A stretch of 64,000 nt of DNA from Phoronis australis. Its lineage: Eukaryota > Animalia > Phoronida. Within the stretch, counting starts at the first letter, position 1, and every line of letters starts with the position of its first letter. Below the pieces are notes generated by a model, which saw nothing but the letters and a program-made list of their open reading frames with translations, did no database searches and was not told where the DNA came from. This document shows positions 12,395 through 25,899 of this stretch, in pieces. The translations under genes and the position numbers were made by a program. The DNA lies in assembly GCA_002633005.1 (NCBI GenBank), contig NMRA01000974.1:18121-82120 (forward strand). The letters are read 5' to 3'.

Positions 12395-12700
12395 TAAAGA
12401 ATAACAATCTGTCGGTTCCTTGCAAATCCAGAAAATAATCACTTCTCATCTGAAGTCAGGAAACAGTTGACAACAAATTTGCAGTGTTAAATGCTTTACG
12501 TAAATCAAAAGTTGACTTCTTCAACAGAACATGGATTTGCAGGCACTTTATTGAGACATTTTCTTCCTCACCACTTGAGATTTTTATTGCGAACCAGCCA
12601 CTATGTTTTTTCTAAAATCTTTCCGGACCATAGGAGAAAGTGATTTTCATACCCAAACAGATCATTGACAATTTCAGTGTCCAAGTACATCAATTTTGGC
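12395..12700 (+). repeat. Interspersed repeat, also present at ~61679-61990
   Basis: Both sites share the blocks gttccttgcaaatccagaaa...acttctcatc...gaaacag..tga and aaacag..gatcattgaca..ttcagt. Confidence 0.6.
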
Positions 12701-12973
12701 ATAGTTAGTCAATTTTCCGAGCTTGGACTGTTTTGTAACAATAACAGGTGAACTTTATTTCTGTTAGAAACCAACAGCTACATCCCAAAATACTACAATA
12801 CCCTTTTTGATTCTGTGGTACTTACCCATAATGGTCTGCCCCATGAGAGAACTTGTCCCACAGATGTACATCAATACAGTGCAAATCACTATTGTACTGC
12901 AAAATTATGATGCTCGTCATTCTGACCAAGTTTTACTGATGAATGCTTGGTTGCAGTGACATCAGGAAGTTAA

Positions 12974-13284
12974 AATGGCATTAAACCTGTGTTTTATGTT
13001 TTAATTTAGGCCACTCACCATTGTGAAATTGGTTTCAAATTGTTCCTTGGTCAAATTGGAGCTAATTTGAAAAAATGACAGTTCATTATTGGTTGAAACC
13101 TGTAAAATACCAGGTCACTTGATGACCTGAAATTTTATGAGCTTCATCTGAAGAAATATTGGACTGTCGATTGCCCAAAAATCATTTCTAAATTGAGTTG
13201 GGAACAATTTAAAACTATAGTTATAACAGTATGAGGTCTAACTCAAAACTTGTTTTTGACAGAAACCGTTAAGTTAATGCCACT
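12974..13284. mobile_element. TTAA-flanked MITE (Kolobok-like)
   Basis: Structure is ttaa|aatggcattaa ... ttaatgccact|ttaa, with longer imperfect inverted similarity inside (aattgttcc / ggaacaatt). A related piece lies at ~12230-12300. Confidence 0.6.
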
Positions 13285-15479
13285 TTAATAATGCCATATT
13301 CTAAAAACAATTAGGGCCACAACCTTTTTAAACTACGTCAATCATACAATGATTATTTCTATTTCCATGAAAGAGGCGAGTTCCATTCAGGTTGTAACTT
13401 GTTAGAGTTTATATCAGCCTAGCTCACTATGTCTCTTTGACCGTAGGTCACTGTCTCTTTGACCGTAGGGAGGAAATAAGATTTATAATTTTCATCTTTG
13501 CTAACGAATATACTACTTTCTGATGTTTTTGTGATTGGAGAACTATTAATAAAATAATGAGCCGTAATTTGTTACCGAAAATAAAAGCACAAAGTTTATT
13601 AACACTGGCAGTGATGCTTGCTGTCATTTTGGACATTTCTTACTTTTATTGTAAGTTTTGTCACGACTCCACTCTTGTCACATCTTCAAGGTGTAAACAT
13701 CTTCATCTCGATCTTGTACATTTTGTAAAATGGAAAGCTTGACGTGATTTTATGTTGCTCAGTTTTTTAAGGATTGCTTTCCTTTTATAGGTGCAATCAT
13801 ACATTATATCCATGAATTAAACCGTGGGTGGTTGATGATTTAGGAAGGTACTACCAGATACCTCTGGTAAAGCACCCTTCCCGCAAAGCTCCCATGGACG
13901 CTTTGTCAGAAATGCAGAGAGTAATAGCGCCCGTGTTTGCGAAAAGACAATGAAACAACCAAAAGTACTGTTTTGTTCCCTTTCATGTTCTAGGGTTTGC
14001 CCCGGGGGTTTGCCCAACATACGGGTGTCATTCTCTTTGTAATTGTTTTAATTACCTCTAACTGCCCATTCATACTATTCTGAAAGTCAACCACTTTGAA
14101 CGCGAATCCTTCAGAGCAGTGAATGTTAAGTGCTGACTGATCAAACTCTCCCACAACTATCTGGTAATCAACCATCGTTAACTCGTCAACTTATTTTAGA
14201 TCAAAGATATTAGGATGCGCCATCAGAGAACAGCAAAATCATATTACTGAAAAAGTTTCATGGAAGAAATCGTAGCCGAAAAACCGTGTGCACTTAGTGA
14301 TCTAATATGCAGCTTTGACCAACGCAAGGGTTCGTCAAGAGTTTTATTGCATAATGCATAGTCGTAGGAAGCCTGGTACTCGTGAAATTGGGACGCAGGA
14401 AGCAATAGGTTATGCCCCTCCAATAATTTATAGGCGTGAGGTTAATGTGCAACCTCTGCAATACATTCCAAAGGGGAATTCGTCAAAAAGCATATGCATG
14501 TGTTGTCGGCATTTTGGAATTCGTCTATATTATCTTGAAACTTGCGTGTTGTTGATTACCATGCGTCCCGCAACGGTTGCTGAGGATAGTTTACGTTTTG
14601 ACGTAGACGTTTTATATCCCGCCTTCTGTTTAAATGCTTTTCATTCTCCAGTATTTGCCAACCGTTATCAGGGCAAAAACAATGTAAGCGTAGATTTCTG
14701 CTGAAAAGCAGAAATCTACGTTATCAAAATTGATAACTTCTTGTACACCCCTTTCTCCGAGTCGTAAATTATCCCTTTCCCGAACTATTTTTGAGCGGAC
14801 TCACGAAATGTTCCAATTTCCACTGGCACATCAGTGTTGTTTGGAAGTCACACAGTCAAGATGAACCGACTGGTACCTAGTGGTAAAGGAGCGTTCATAT
14901 ATTACGTCATCATTCGAGGTAGGAGGTTTGCCGGGGAAAGATGACGATTTCCAACAAGGGGGAGTTAGACTCATGGTGACGTCAGTGTGTTTTTTAGAAT
15001 ATCTCCATCACAGTACATATCGTTGAGAAACTGGTTCATCTTCTATAGCAGTCGAATTCAGTAACAAATTCCAAAACCGAGACATGTCGTTTCACGCTTC
15101 CAAGATTTAATAATATTTCACTGGCTAAGTTTACCTTATAAACATGTACGCACAGACAAACACCAGGCCCACTCGATCACTGCCTATCACTGACAAGCAT
15201 AACTTTGACGAAACGCACCAGCACGTCCAGCGGCAGGCATGGTCGAGTTTCGCAAGGGATGGGATTGAAATTGCCGGACTAAGTTACGCACATAGGCAGT
15301 GTTTCGACATAATTTATTGTTTTCATTATTAATATGGCGTTGTTTTACTTTGCTTTCATACTATACCTCAAGTTTAGTCATTATCAAACCTCATGTTTTG
15401 ATTGCCGATTCAGTGGAGACTGGCCACAGAGTCAAATGTCGATAGTGTTGCAACAACGCGGCGACCCCAATGAACCCAC

Positions 15480-16067
15480 TACAAGACTGCACCACAAACA
15501 GTGTGCTTCAAGGAGCGTTTTTAGTATCATAAAAATGACCATATTGCATGGCGGAGAATATGTCGAACCCGTTAGAAATTGGGAAGGCGTCAAATCGTCT
15601 GACTTTTATAGAACTATTTGCCAAAATTCATGAATATCCACTCAGGCACTCCAAAGATACAAAGGCAAGCGTAGAAATTAAAATTGCCACAAGGGGGCAC
15701 AGCGTTCAAAAAGTTTATATTGATATAATGATTCTTCAGTTTGAATTGTTCGGTGGATAGAGAGGCTAATGACAACACGCTCTCAAAACAATTAAAATAC
15801 AATTAGTCCTTCCGAAAATTGGAACGCGCCATCGCCTCCTTAATAAAAAACTATTTGCCAAATTTCAAGAAAATTCATTAAGGAACTCAAAAGATACCGT
15901 GGCAAACATAAAAAAATTGCCACTTAGGTCAGAGCGGTATTTGGACTGGCCCGTCGTCGTCTGTCAAATCTTATAAAGATCCTGCAAGGTATTTACAACA
16001 TACAGCAGCGGACGTCGGACTGAGACGACGGCCATATGCACTCGCATATAAAAATGTGGGTGCATAA
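15480..16067 (-). mobile_element. Short HINE/Helentron-like copy C
   Basis: Same terminus (cagcagcggacgtcggac...catataaaaatgtgggtgcataa) as copies A and B, with ttgccacaagggggcac and ttgccacttagg subunits but far fewer of them. Confidence 0.7.
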
Positions 16068-16163
16068 GAAGGCCACCCTCATTTAAACATTTTGTTTTCC
16101 CGCCTTATCCTCACTCCTTTGACGTAGTTAGGTTCATTATTTTTGGTTTATAGCTGAAATGGC

Positions 16164-16197
16164 TTATTTTATTTTATTTTATTTTATTTTATTTTAT
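16164..16197. repeat. (TTTTA)n microsatellite
   Basis: Directly visible. Confidence 0.9.
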
Positions 16198-16718
16198 TGC
16201 AGAATACAACAGCGGCAAATGCAACTCACGATTATAAAGCAACATTAGTTTGTTATTAGAATTGTAAATACGGAATCTCCAACGAACAGTCGGTTCTTCC
16301 AAAACAGGGAGGATTGGCTGTGATGACGTAATTAGATGCTGGACGGGGAGGGTTATATCAGGATAACGAAGGGGGGGGGATGGGGTGTAAACATTGGCAA
16401 ATTTTGGATGACGTAATATATGTACACTGCCTAATTAGTGAGCCGTTAGTCCCCAGGCCGGAAATTTGAAGTCTAACTGCCAGTGTGCAATCAATCTGAT
16501 GAGATTTTAATACTGCTAGTAGAACTTTGTATTTTGCGTTCGAGAACTTGTGGTTTACTGTACATGTGAAATGATACAGTGACTTAACGTTTATTGGTTC
16601 GAACCTGATACACAACCATTCCAGTTGGTCATCCCATTTTAGATACCAGTGAAATGGCGAACACATATACTGGTTAGTGATACTGTTCTGTCTGTCAGTA
16701 TTTATTACACACTCGATG

Positions 16719-19267
16719 TTAATACAGTTTTATGCCTGTCTCAGTCCATTTGTTGGACTTGATACGCATCTCTACAATTTCCGCTAGGTGTCCCTTCTTC
16801 ATATGTCTCAGAGTTCCCACCATATCTTCTATCGTGGCCGTAGCGCTCACACGCTGCCACTTCTGAAGACTTCTGATGGCCATCTGTGTAGTGGTGCAGG
16901 GGTCCCATCTTTCGCATGTACGTTGTATAACTGCAATATGAAACAATGCTCTGATGGATCATATCCACCTATCTTGCTTTGCTCACTAGAATACATTGCA
17001 AAGACAATTTCTTAATTTTAGACAATTAATGAAAAACGAGGATGTTCCTTAAGGTTTTGAACCACGTTCATTTGAAAGACGTAGACACTTATGTTTTATC
17101 AGTAAGAAATGTGACAGGTACTGAAAAGGGGAATGCCCCCTCTTAAAACATAATTAGTGTTTTTGAAATTTAAACCTTAAATCTTTATCTGACCGGTTTC
17201 AGTGATCTAAAGGGGACGTTATCAAGACTATCAGAATGATGTGAACTCGGCGAATGAGCATTGTGGTAGCAGAGCTCTTCAAGGGGATTATTTACTTGTT
17301 CCGTGGTTCTCACAGAAATCTAAAGAACGCATACGTGTGGTCACTTACCTTTCAAGTCGTTGACTCTTGTATCATAATCTCTCTCTGGTGAAAATGGAAG
17401 CTTGTGGTACAGCGTAACCCAATCGTTCGGTATGGCTTCCGCAACAAGTCTACAGGCGAAGGCAAGCTTTTCTGTAAGAAAATTGGCTTTGGTGAATTGT
17501 TTTGGGCCATGGCATACGACTTGGCTGTGTCCACACACCACGATATAAAAAACCGTGATTGTAACAGGAAAGTCTTGTTCAGGTAGCCCTGCGTACCTTT
17601 CAGTTAAGTTTAATTCTTGTCCCGTTTTCGATGTATCATATACTTCTATGGAAATACTCATGTGAGTCCCGCCACAGGTGTGTATGATGGTGGTTACTGA
17701 TTGGCTGAGGAACTTCACATCGATTAGCGACGGTCGTATCTATTAGAAATTTTTCATTCACTTAAGGCTAACATGGGGAAAAAGACTAGTCTTGGGAACT
17801 AACTGCCACGTCACTATACGCTTACCTTTCATGTCACCAGCTCTGAATTTCCTCTTTTCAAAGTAGTTAATCTTTTTTACAGTATCTGAGCTCGTCTTCA
17901 GTTCTTTAATCTTGGCAAGAGTGTCCATTTTGTTACTGAGGTATTGAAACTCCATTTGTCGCTGCTCAACGTCTTTTTGTGATGGCAAAGAATGGTGGCA
18001 AAGCCTGCTTTGGCGTTTCTTGCTGGTGTCAATTTCTAGAATGAGTTTGCTGATTTCTTTCGACAAATTAGCATTTTCATTTTCCAGTTTACTTTTTTCA
18101 TGAGTTTTGGTCAAAAGCTGATTGGACAAGGAATCGTGGGCATCCTTAATTGAAGTGACCTCGGGAGCCAAGGCCTCTAGACTTCTCGGAGATATTTGGC
18201 GTTGCGCTTGTTTAACCTTTTCAGCCAGTTTGCTGTTCTTGGTGTTAATGTCTGTGTGAAGTTGTTTGATTGCAGCTATCAACAGTTGAATTTCTACGAA
18301 AACTTGTCGCTGTCTCTGTTGCAGCTGCTTCAGTTTCAATTCCAGTCTGTCGTTGGAATGACTGCCTTTAAAAATGCGATACTTTACGTCCTTTTCGTGA
18401 TGAGCAGCTTTGCGAAGTTCCTCCGTCATTGAAGATTTGCGCGCAAAAAGCTGGTTAATCTCTGCTGTTAGGTTAGCCACGTAGCATTCATCTTTCATGA
18501 TCCATTTCTTGGCTGGCTGACAAGCAGCGAGTACAGTTTCACATATCCCGTTCATGTAATGTAGGACTTTACTGTAGTTGTCCAAGTACTTTGAAAACGG
18601 CGAAACGTGTTCTTGGATGTTTTCGAGAAGACTGTCAAATTTTACCATATTTGTATACATCTCATTTTCGTACTTCACTCTTTCTGATTCATAATCGTCC
18701 ACAGATTTCAAGCTGAGAAGTTCAGCCTCTGTTGCCATGGTTAGGCAATACTTTTCAAGGTTATGTTTTATTTTATTGACAAGTTTTTCTCGCCATTTGA
18801 ACACGGCATGAGAAAATTCAATTGCTCTTCGGCACAAGTCTTTCATTTCTGCATATTCTCGCCTGCGGATGAAATCTTCATCATCTGTTACTTGTTCCAG
18901 AATAATTTCAAATGAAAGGTAATCTTTAATTCCTGAATAATGACCAATTCGCTGGAGACAGCTTTTAACAAACTCTGTCCACGTGTCCGCTGAATCATCG
19001 GCCGCGTTCTTCAACCAAAGTTGTTGGAAATGTAAAACGTCTTTCTCAAGTTGCAGGATACATAGTTTAATTTTACTTCTTATTGCGCCTAACGACACTG
19101 GCAACGTCTCCTTCGCAACGGCCTCCTCAAGTTGTCGGTCGTGTGTCTGCGGACTCATCACGGGCGCTGTTGGTGCTTTACTCAGCAGCATAGCCGACTG
19201 TTGAGTGCGCTGTTTACGCGCAGCAAAACTCGTAGGAGACGGTGCCCTCACCGATCCCTTGACCGAC
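16719..19267 (-). CDS. Coiled-coil protein with C-terminal death-domain-like region (5' exon(s) not located)
   Basis: Exons 19267-17826, 17471-17349 and 16930-16719 have canonical AG/GT sites and matching phases (K G|AA = E; K G|TT = V), giving ~591 codons. A long E/K/Q/L-rich heptad region is followed by EKLAFACRLVAEAIPNDWVTLYHKL...AIRSLQKWQRVSATATIEDMVGTLRHMKKGHLAEIVE, which fits the death-domain pattern. Confidence 0.85.
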
Positions 19268-20019
19268 CTAATAAGAGAAATACACATTGAAATTAGTAAT
19301 TTACTAAAGGGGCATGTACGCTGTTTTTTTTTTTGACAAACATTAATTTAGTCCGTATAGGAGGTTCAGCAGAGTCACAGGAGAAATCTGCGTGGCAACC
19401 TAGGGCGGGGAGAATCCTAGAGTTTGCGACTACACGGAAAGTGCAGTGGCACTGGTGATTGTGAATCGGGGTTGTATTTGCTGTCTTGACACTAGCTGGC
19501 GCCTCTGTGAAAGCAAATACTAACAGGTAAAAAGTGTTTAGTAACATCTCCACTGAGTATTTGTTAAATTTTAAGTTCAGGTCGTCAAATTGGGAATACC
19601 GAGTTGTCAAATCTCCGCTCTAAACAAACACGAAAATCAACTTTAAGTGAGTTCATTTTTGTTACAGACTATAGAAAATGTAGGTATTAACCAAATAGTT
19701 ATCAATCGTATGAAATGTTGCGAAAAAGTTTGAAACCGTGTCATGAGATATTTTAGGAGTTTACCACGCCTATCCTTGCTGTGCAAGCCGGGGACGTAGG
19801 ATGACTCCCTACAAGGTTTAGTCGGTTTGTGTGTATGTTGCGACTTTGGAATAGACTTATTAGCTTGGATTCCCATCGCATTACTAGGAAATGTTTTGAA
19901 TGGGACTTAAGCCATTGCGTACAAAACTGGTCAGCTGAACTAAAATGTATTTTCAAATTGTGAAATGTTAGTCGTGTTTTTTTGCATTCAAGTTCGTCTA
20001 CGATATTAAAGCATCAATG

Positions 20020-20430
20020 AATTCTATAATTATGTTCAGCAATGGCGAGGACTGAAAATTGGGAGGAGAGTATTAGGTTAAAAACCAAATATGAGAATTT
20101 GCATGACATTTAAGGAAAATTTTGAAATTGAGGAGTATATATATATATATATATACTCTTATTTTCCTGGAGTAAGAAGGTTTTTATTTTGTCAGTTCAG
20201 ATTTGATATTTTTCCACTGGAGATAGAGGTTGGAAGGTAGACTTACATTGAACGAGAAAATAGGTTATGTCGCTTATGTCACTGTATTACGATTTACATA
20301 GAAAACTATGTGAGGCAGCAAATTGCACTCCACTTTTTCAATTTTCTGATACACATAAGCTCAGCTTTTTAATATTTAATTTGTTCTGGGAGCTTACCGT
20401 TTTTGTTAAGAAGCATTTTTAAACGTAAGA
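20020..20430 (+). mobile_element. Decayed 3' end of a CR1/L2-group LINE ORF2
   Basis: Broken translation ...FKENFEIEEY...FCQFR...PLEIEVGR*TYIERENRLCRLC matches the C-terminal zinc-finger region of such LINEs. An (AT)n run lies inside. Confidence 0.7.
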
Positions 20431-22151
20431 AGTGTTTGTATACATCCATGTAATCAGTGACTTATAAGCTTGAAATGAGCTGGGTGTGTTTTTAAATTCT
20501 TGATTAATTGTTTAAATTTAAGGACGAATCAATTCAAGAAACTAACATATTACTATAATATCCATCGTTTTTGCGACTGCTTTCTACTAGCACTAACGGT
20601 AAGTTGTGAATGTCTCACTCATCTTTGAAGACTGACACTTTTCATTGCAGTTTACGATTTTAAACTTTTGTTTCCGAATAAGGCACGAGTGTTCTGAATC
20701 AATCTAAATGCGAAATGAATTCCTATCAAAAGACGCCGGTTGATCTGGGTATCAAGGATTTCAACGCAGCTAGACCCCACGCAAAGTCGATGCAGGCCGG
20801 AGTAGAATTTCCTCAGATAGGAACATTGTATTATTCAATCATTTATTTGCTACATTCGAGTACTAGATAATGGTGGTCGGTATTGATATTGGGATAGGCA
20901 GGGATATGTGACAAGCTGGGGGAACGGGGGAGATGCTTTAGTCCGCTTTAAAGCTTAGTGTACTTGATTTAATTCCATAAGCTCTCAGAATCCTACGTAG
21001 GACGATAGCGATGATCTCGCAAATGGCAGGCTTCTGTATTGGTTGATAAAATTTGGTTGGATGTGAAATTAGTAGTCCAACCGCCACACGGCTGCATCAC
21101 CTGTGGATGCAGCAGGCACACAGCTTTAACCGATTTACTTCTTGATTGATAAAATAAAGCATACTAAACAATATAAAACTGTTACCTGAAAAGATTGGAC
21201 AAAATGCAATTATTTCCCTTATTTTTTTCTAAATATGCAAATGAAAGGTCACTTGACCAGAAAGGTGTGACCATGTGGCCATAAAGAAACATAGCTGTCA
21301 ACGGATGATTTTTAACTTATGGCCAAGTAAACTACACTATAGGTAATAACGTTGAAATAAACTTAATTGTACGAGTAACATGAAAAAGAGCAAAGTTTAA
21401 TGACAGGTAAGTCTGAACATGTCGGGCTTCATTATATTTTCATTCGAAATTATTACCATCTACCGGAAGTAACTATCAGTTGACAAGTTTCCCATGCAGG
21501 GCCACCATCGCTGTCCCAGAGAGGCCAATGTCGCTGGTAGTGCATTTCCGATAATGTTCAGTCACGAGCCGGCAAGAAATCTCCGTTTACCCCCGCACCT
21601 GTTGATTGTAGTCTTTGTGTGTTCAAATCATATAATCGTTAGGCTTAACTTACAGTTGATATTTTCGTTTCGGTAATTGGATCCTATTTATTGGGTAACC
21701 AGACACTGTTTTTGCGCGTTTTACTGATATCTTTTATGTGTATGGCTCGCCTTTCCATGAAGTAGGTGTTGATATTGATGAAACAGATCTACACTGGAGA
21801 GAGGAAAATGAACTGTTTTACTAAAATCTTTATCAAATTATAAACGGAGAAGTGAAATTGACAACCAATTGACTATTCATTTGATATTTACAACTTTATC
21901 TTTGTGTTGAGTTGTTTGGTAATAACAGCTATGCATTACAAGCACTAACAACTTTAGTCAGAGATATAAAGATCACTGAGTATATAATTATAAAGGCTTA
22001 AAAAGCTGGAAATTTCCGGTCACGGCATGAGGGCCCGAAAATTATGAGGTTGGTCGAAAGAAATGGCGAATGTCAGTTCTTCCTGAACCCAAGAGATCAT
22101 CTCTAAATTGAGTAAGGAACAAGACAAGACCAACTTTATAACACGCTTTTG

Positions 22152-22267
22152 ACAGATAGCACGGGTTTGATGTCGCTTTACTTGGCCTGTTTATTGTGCC
22201 ACCGTATACAGATAGTACGGGTTTGATGTCGCTTTACTTGGCCTGTTTATTGTGCCACCGTATACAG
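22152..22267. repeat. 56-bp tandem duplication
   Basis: acagatag(c/t)acgggtttgatgtcgctttacttggcctgtttattgtgccaccgtat occurs at 22152 and 22208. Confidence 0.95.
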
Positions 22268-25024
22268 TTGTATCGTTGGTATTTTTATGAAATATACTTT
22301 CGTAAAAAAACAATTGCATGCGGTCTGATACACGTTGTACCAGACGTGCGCAGGCCTCGCATGTAGGTCCATTGCACTAATCACCTGGAACTATTTTTTG
22401 CTCTATTAATATTTGGTTAAAACCGAGCTGAGGAGCTAGAAACCTAGCTCAAGGGTTTAGCAGTGTGACAAACGTAGAAAATTGAATAAGTGGGCAACTC
22501 GTGAATACAATTCTGTGTATTTTTGACCTCTAGAAGTTTGTTTTCCGTGATTATTCATTTTTACTTTAACCTTTACGGCGACCATTCGTTCATTTTTTGT
22601 CATAATTATACGTTTGGAGTAATTTGGAAGTCGTCTTTAACCAACCATCGGTTTGTCCCACAATGAAAGCTGATAAATGTGTAAAGGGCGTGCATGCAAT
22701 ATTAGACACTGATTTTTTCTGACTATTTATGCATTAACATTGACATTAAATGCCACAAATATCTTGAATGCGCTTACCAAATGGCGGCAAATTGATCAGC
22801 ATGTAGTTTCATTCACTTCAGCCGGAAACAACTATTGTTGAGGCTGTGCAGGAAGTTGTTGCTATAGAAACCACTACAAGCTATGATATTGACCGTGCAA
22901 CATTCACAAATAGGTCCTTGGATATGATCAGCTTGAGTGTTTCCAATCCCATGTTTACAGAGTTAGAATAAATCAAACAACTCTATTACCCTGATGTTGT
23001 TATAAGATGGTATAATCCTTTAAAATGATAGATCATCCAACTGTTGTTCGCTTTGGGTTGGTTGACTCTCCTCACAGTAATTATCGCAGTATCTCATATT
23101 TCTATAAACAGCCCGCTTGTGGTATGTGCGTTTTAACAAAATGTTTTTCACGAGATGCTAACAAAATGTTAAGCTATTAACTTCCGCGGTGAAACAACGG
23201 TGTTTTCGGCATATATAAAATTTAGAAGTATTACAAATTAGTTCCGAAAATATAACTTTACACATCCGTTCTATTTGGCGGTAAAAGTGTAGATAGGTTG
23301 TTTTTCTCTAACCAAACGGTTACACGTTCTACATATTTTAAAATCAAAGTCGAACAAATGCTGTTTAAGAACATTTCCAAAACTGCAACTTATGATATGA
23401 CTTCATGGTTCGTGTATGCATTTAAATGGCCTTAGGCACAAACATATGATTGTCCTATTACAGCCTTCTTTGTGTATGAAGCACCTACTCTAATTTCAAC
23501 AGCACCATCTCTTACGAGTCTAAGGGGCACTGTGAAGAATCGCATAAATTTCACCATTTTGATGACACATTAAAATATAATAAATTCAAGCACGATTATC
23601 ACTTTTTCAAAACGTGGCGCTAATTATTTTAATTACGTCATTTCATATAAAAAGTAGACAACGTTACTGCTCAAAAATCGAATTAACCTTCATTCGGTAT
23701 TTTCAGTATTTTTAAACAGATCAGTGAAACGAAAATTTTGCAAACTTCAAAAATTTCCCAAGCTAGTATTCCATTAGTTTGGACATGTTCGTACAGTTGG
23801 GTTTTCCAATCTATTCCATTTAGACACCGTTTCTTCGTCCAGCCATTGATCAGATTCAAATGCCTAGTGTTTCATGGCGTCATAATGTTGCCATTGTTCT
23901 CAATAATTTCATTTGAACAAATGTAGTCAATCTTGCCAGAATTCTTATCGTAAACGGATACTTACATTTTTATCTATGACAGATAAAGCGACGCGTCTGA
24001 TCTCCCAACGGTCTGGTGCGTAGTGTGGACAGTGGATGCGCGAGACGTGAATCGTTGCCGTTTCCAAGTAAAGTCTCGCGGTTGCTGTTTGCTTTTTGGT
24101 TGTAATAAATTGTATTGGTGTATTCAGTCGGCGGTATCACTTCTTTAATGATTGGTAAATTCACCCTGACTGTGTTTGCTTGTTTAACCCTCTCTGAAAA
24201 CACAAACGCCGTTGTCGTCAGATCAGTACACGAGAGAGGCAGTCACTTACTATTGACTCTCAGTTAGTTTTGTCAAACACAATCGCTCGGTGATTTTCTA
24301 TGTAAACCACTCTATTAGAAGCTTTCCGTTATGAATGATCCCTAGTAGCAAATATTTGCCCACCGTGTGGTTCGTCAAATGTTTGTTAGTTCAGACAGGC
24401 TTAATTTTCACTCATATAGTTAATTTGACTTAAAATCATTATCAGGTTTATCGAAGAAGTCATACCAGCCGCCGTCGTGGTCATGTTTGGTTCAGCTAGT
24501 TGTAACATAAATATACACGGACGATGCCAACGCATAAAAAGATACCTGTGTACGAGACCTAATCGCGTGTGAATAATCTTCAGAATAGACAACTCGCTAT
24601 GGTTGCTAAGGACGCCTGGTCTCAATGGCTTTTATGATCGTCACCTCGGGTGCACTTCATTTAAACGACGTGCAGCTTAATTATATTATTGATAAATATG
24701 GAAAGAGCCTCTGTTATTTGGAATGCCACAGGGATGTCGTGTATCTTCTGTCTGAAAACCATTGTAGAACTAGTGTCTACTATGTAAATAGACCACATTA
24801 TACAATATCGTTCCAATAGTTTAACCTACCTGTTTATGTAAATATGGGATGCCATAGTAAAAATATACGCATACTTATTAATTTAAATATTTTAAAACCC
24901 ACTTTATTTGAGGGTCGTAAGTCCGGCCGTGTCAAAGGAACGTTATTGCAAACTCAATGCAGCGTATTTTGGAAGAGTGACTACGTTGCAACTTATGTTA
25001 AGTTGATAATTTCTAATGGTTACA

Positions 25025-25277
25025 CATGCGTGCACCCAGCTTAAAAATGGGGGGGCTCGAATTTCTGAGAATTTGGACCTTTTACTAAAAACACGGGGTA
25101 CCTTTAGAGCTATGAATTGTGCACTCGCCGAATTTTGGTAGTTTCTTTCTTCTTAGTGGGCTTCTGTCTTTTGTCTAGTTTTCTGCTTTTTTCGGAGTTT
25201 TTGCTTCTCTGAGGCAGACCTTTTTACCCACTTCGCCAAATGGGGGGCTCGTTCAAGGACCTCTGGGTGCGCGCGCG
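25025..25277 (+). mobile_element. ~250-bp MITE (CATGCGCGCACCCAG family)
   Basis: Ends are catgcgtgcacccag ... ctgggtgcgcgcg and the body is colinear with 30463-30717 and 39639-39909. It sits between inverted ggtcgtaagtccgg repeats (24913/25361) that may belong to a host element. Confidence 0.75.
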
Positions 25278-25899
25278 TTGTACTTAATGATCATCTTCAC
25301 GAACAGAGTTACCGAACTGTGCGCAAATTAAAATCGAAATTGCCGCAGTCTTACCTAAGACCGGACTTACGACCTTCAACAAATGGGTGCCTGGACTTCT
25401 TCTTTTTGTATAGCAGTTGGGTGCTTTTAAAAAGACTCCCGATACTAATAACCTGTTGCAGAGTTGATGTGAGCACAATAGCCCGGTAGCGTCTTTAGGA
25501 ATCCTAACGCGTACGGTTATCATCTTAGTAAGTACGCCGGATTGACATCTTGTTGTCAGTCAAGGCACTTGAATTGAATCTCACGGTAAAAATATACTTT
25601 CCTGGGCGACAAGAAACTGTAGTTAAGGTATTGTTTTGCTTTATTGTGAACTGCATCACTCTGTTTGAGTATAATATTCTTGATAATTCTATGGAATGCG
25701 TATTATTGTAAAACTATTCTAGTATTCTCTTGTTTTTAGGAAACGTTAAAAAAGGCGAGAGTTCCCAAATTTGTTCACAGAAACGCTATTAATGATGAAT
25801 TTTCGTCATACAACGTAATTTTCTCACATGGATACAAATTTGAATGGTGATCTCAATATGAATTATAATTTACTTACAACTCTTTCTTGCTTGTTTAAA

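Larger units (their letters stand above)
14888..16431. mobile_element. TIR element containing a nested HINE
   Basis: Left end ggagcgttcatatattacgtcatc matches the reverse complement of the right end, ggcagtgtacatatattacgtcatc. Confidence 0.6.

Noticed and set aside
13990-14190. VDELTMVDYQIVVGEFDQ resembling Pif1/RecD helicase motifs II and III
   Set aside because: The motifs are far too close together and there is no Walker A or other helicase motif nearby.
17472-17739. Whole ORF 17341-17718 as an exon
   Set aside because: The acceptor at 17739 is out of phase with the upstream exon and leads to a stop. The acceptor at 17471 is in phase and starts the death-like domain.
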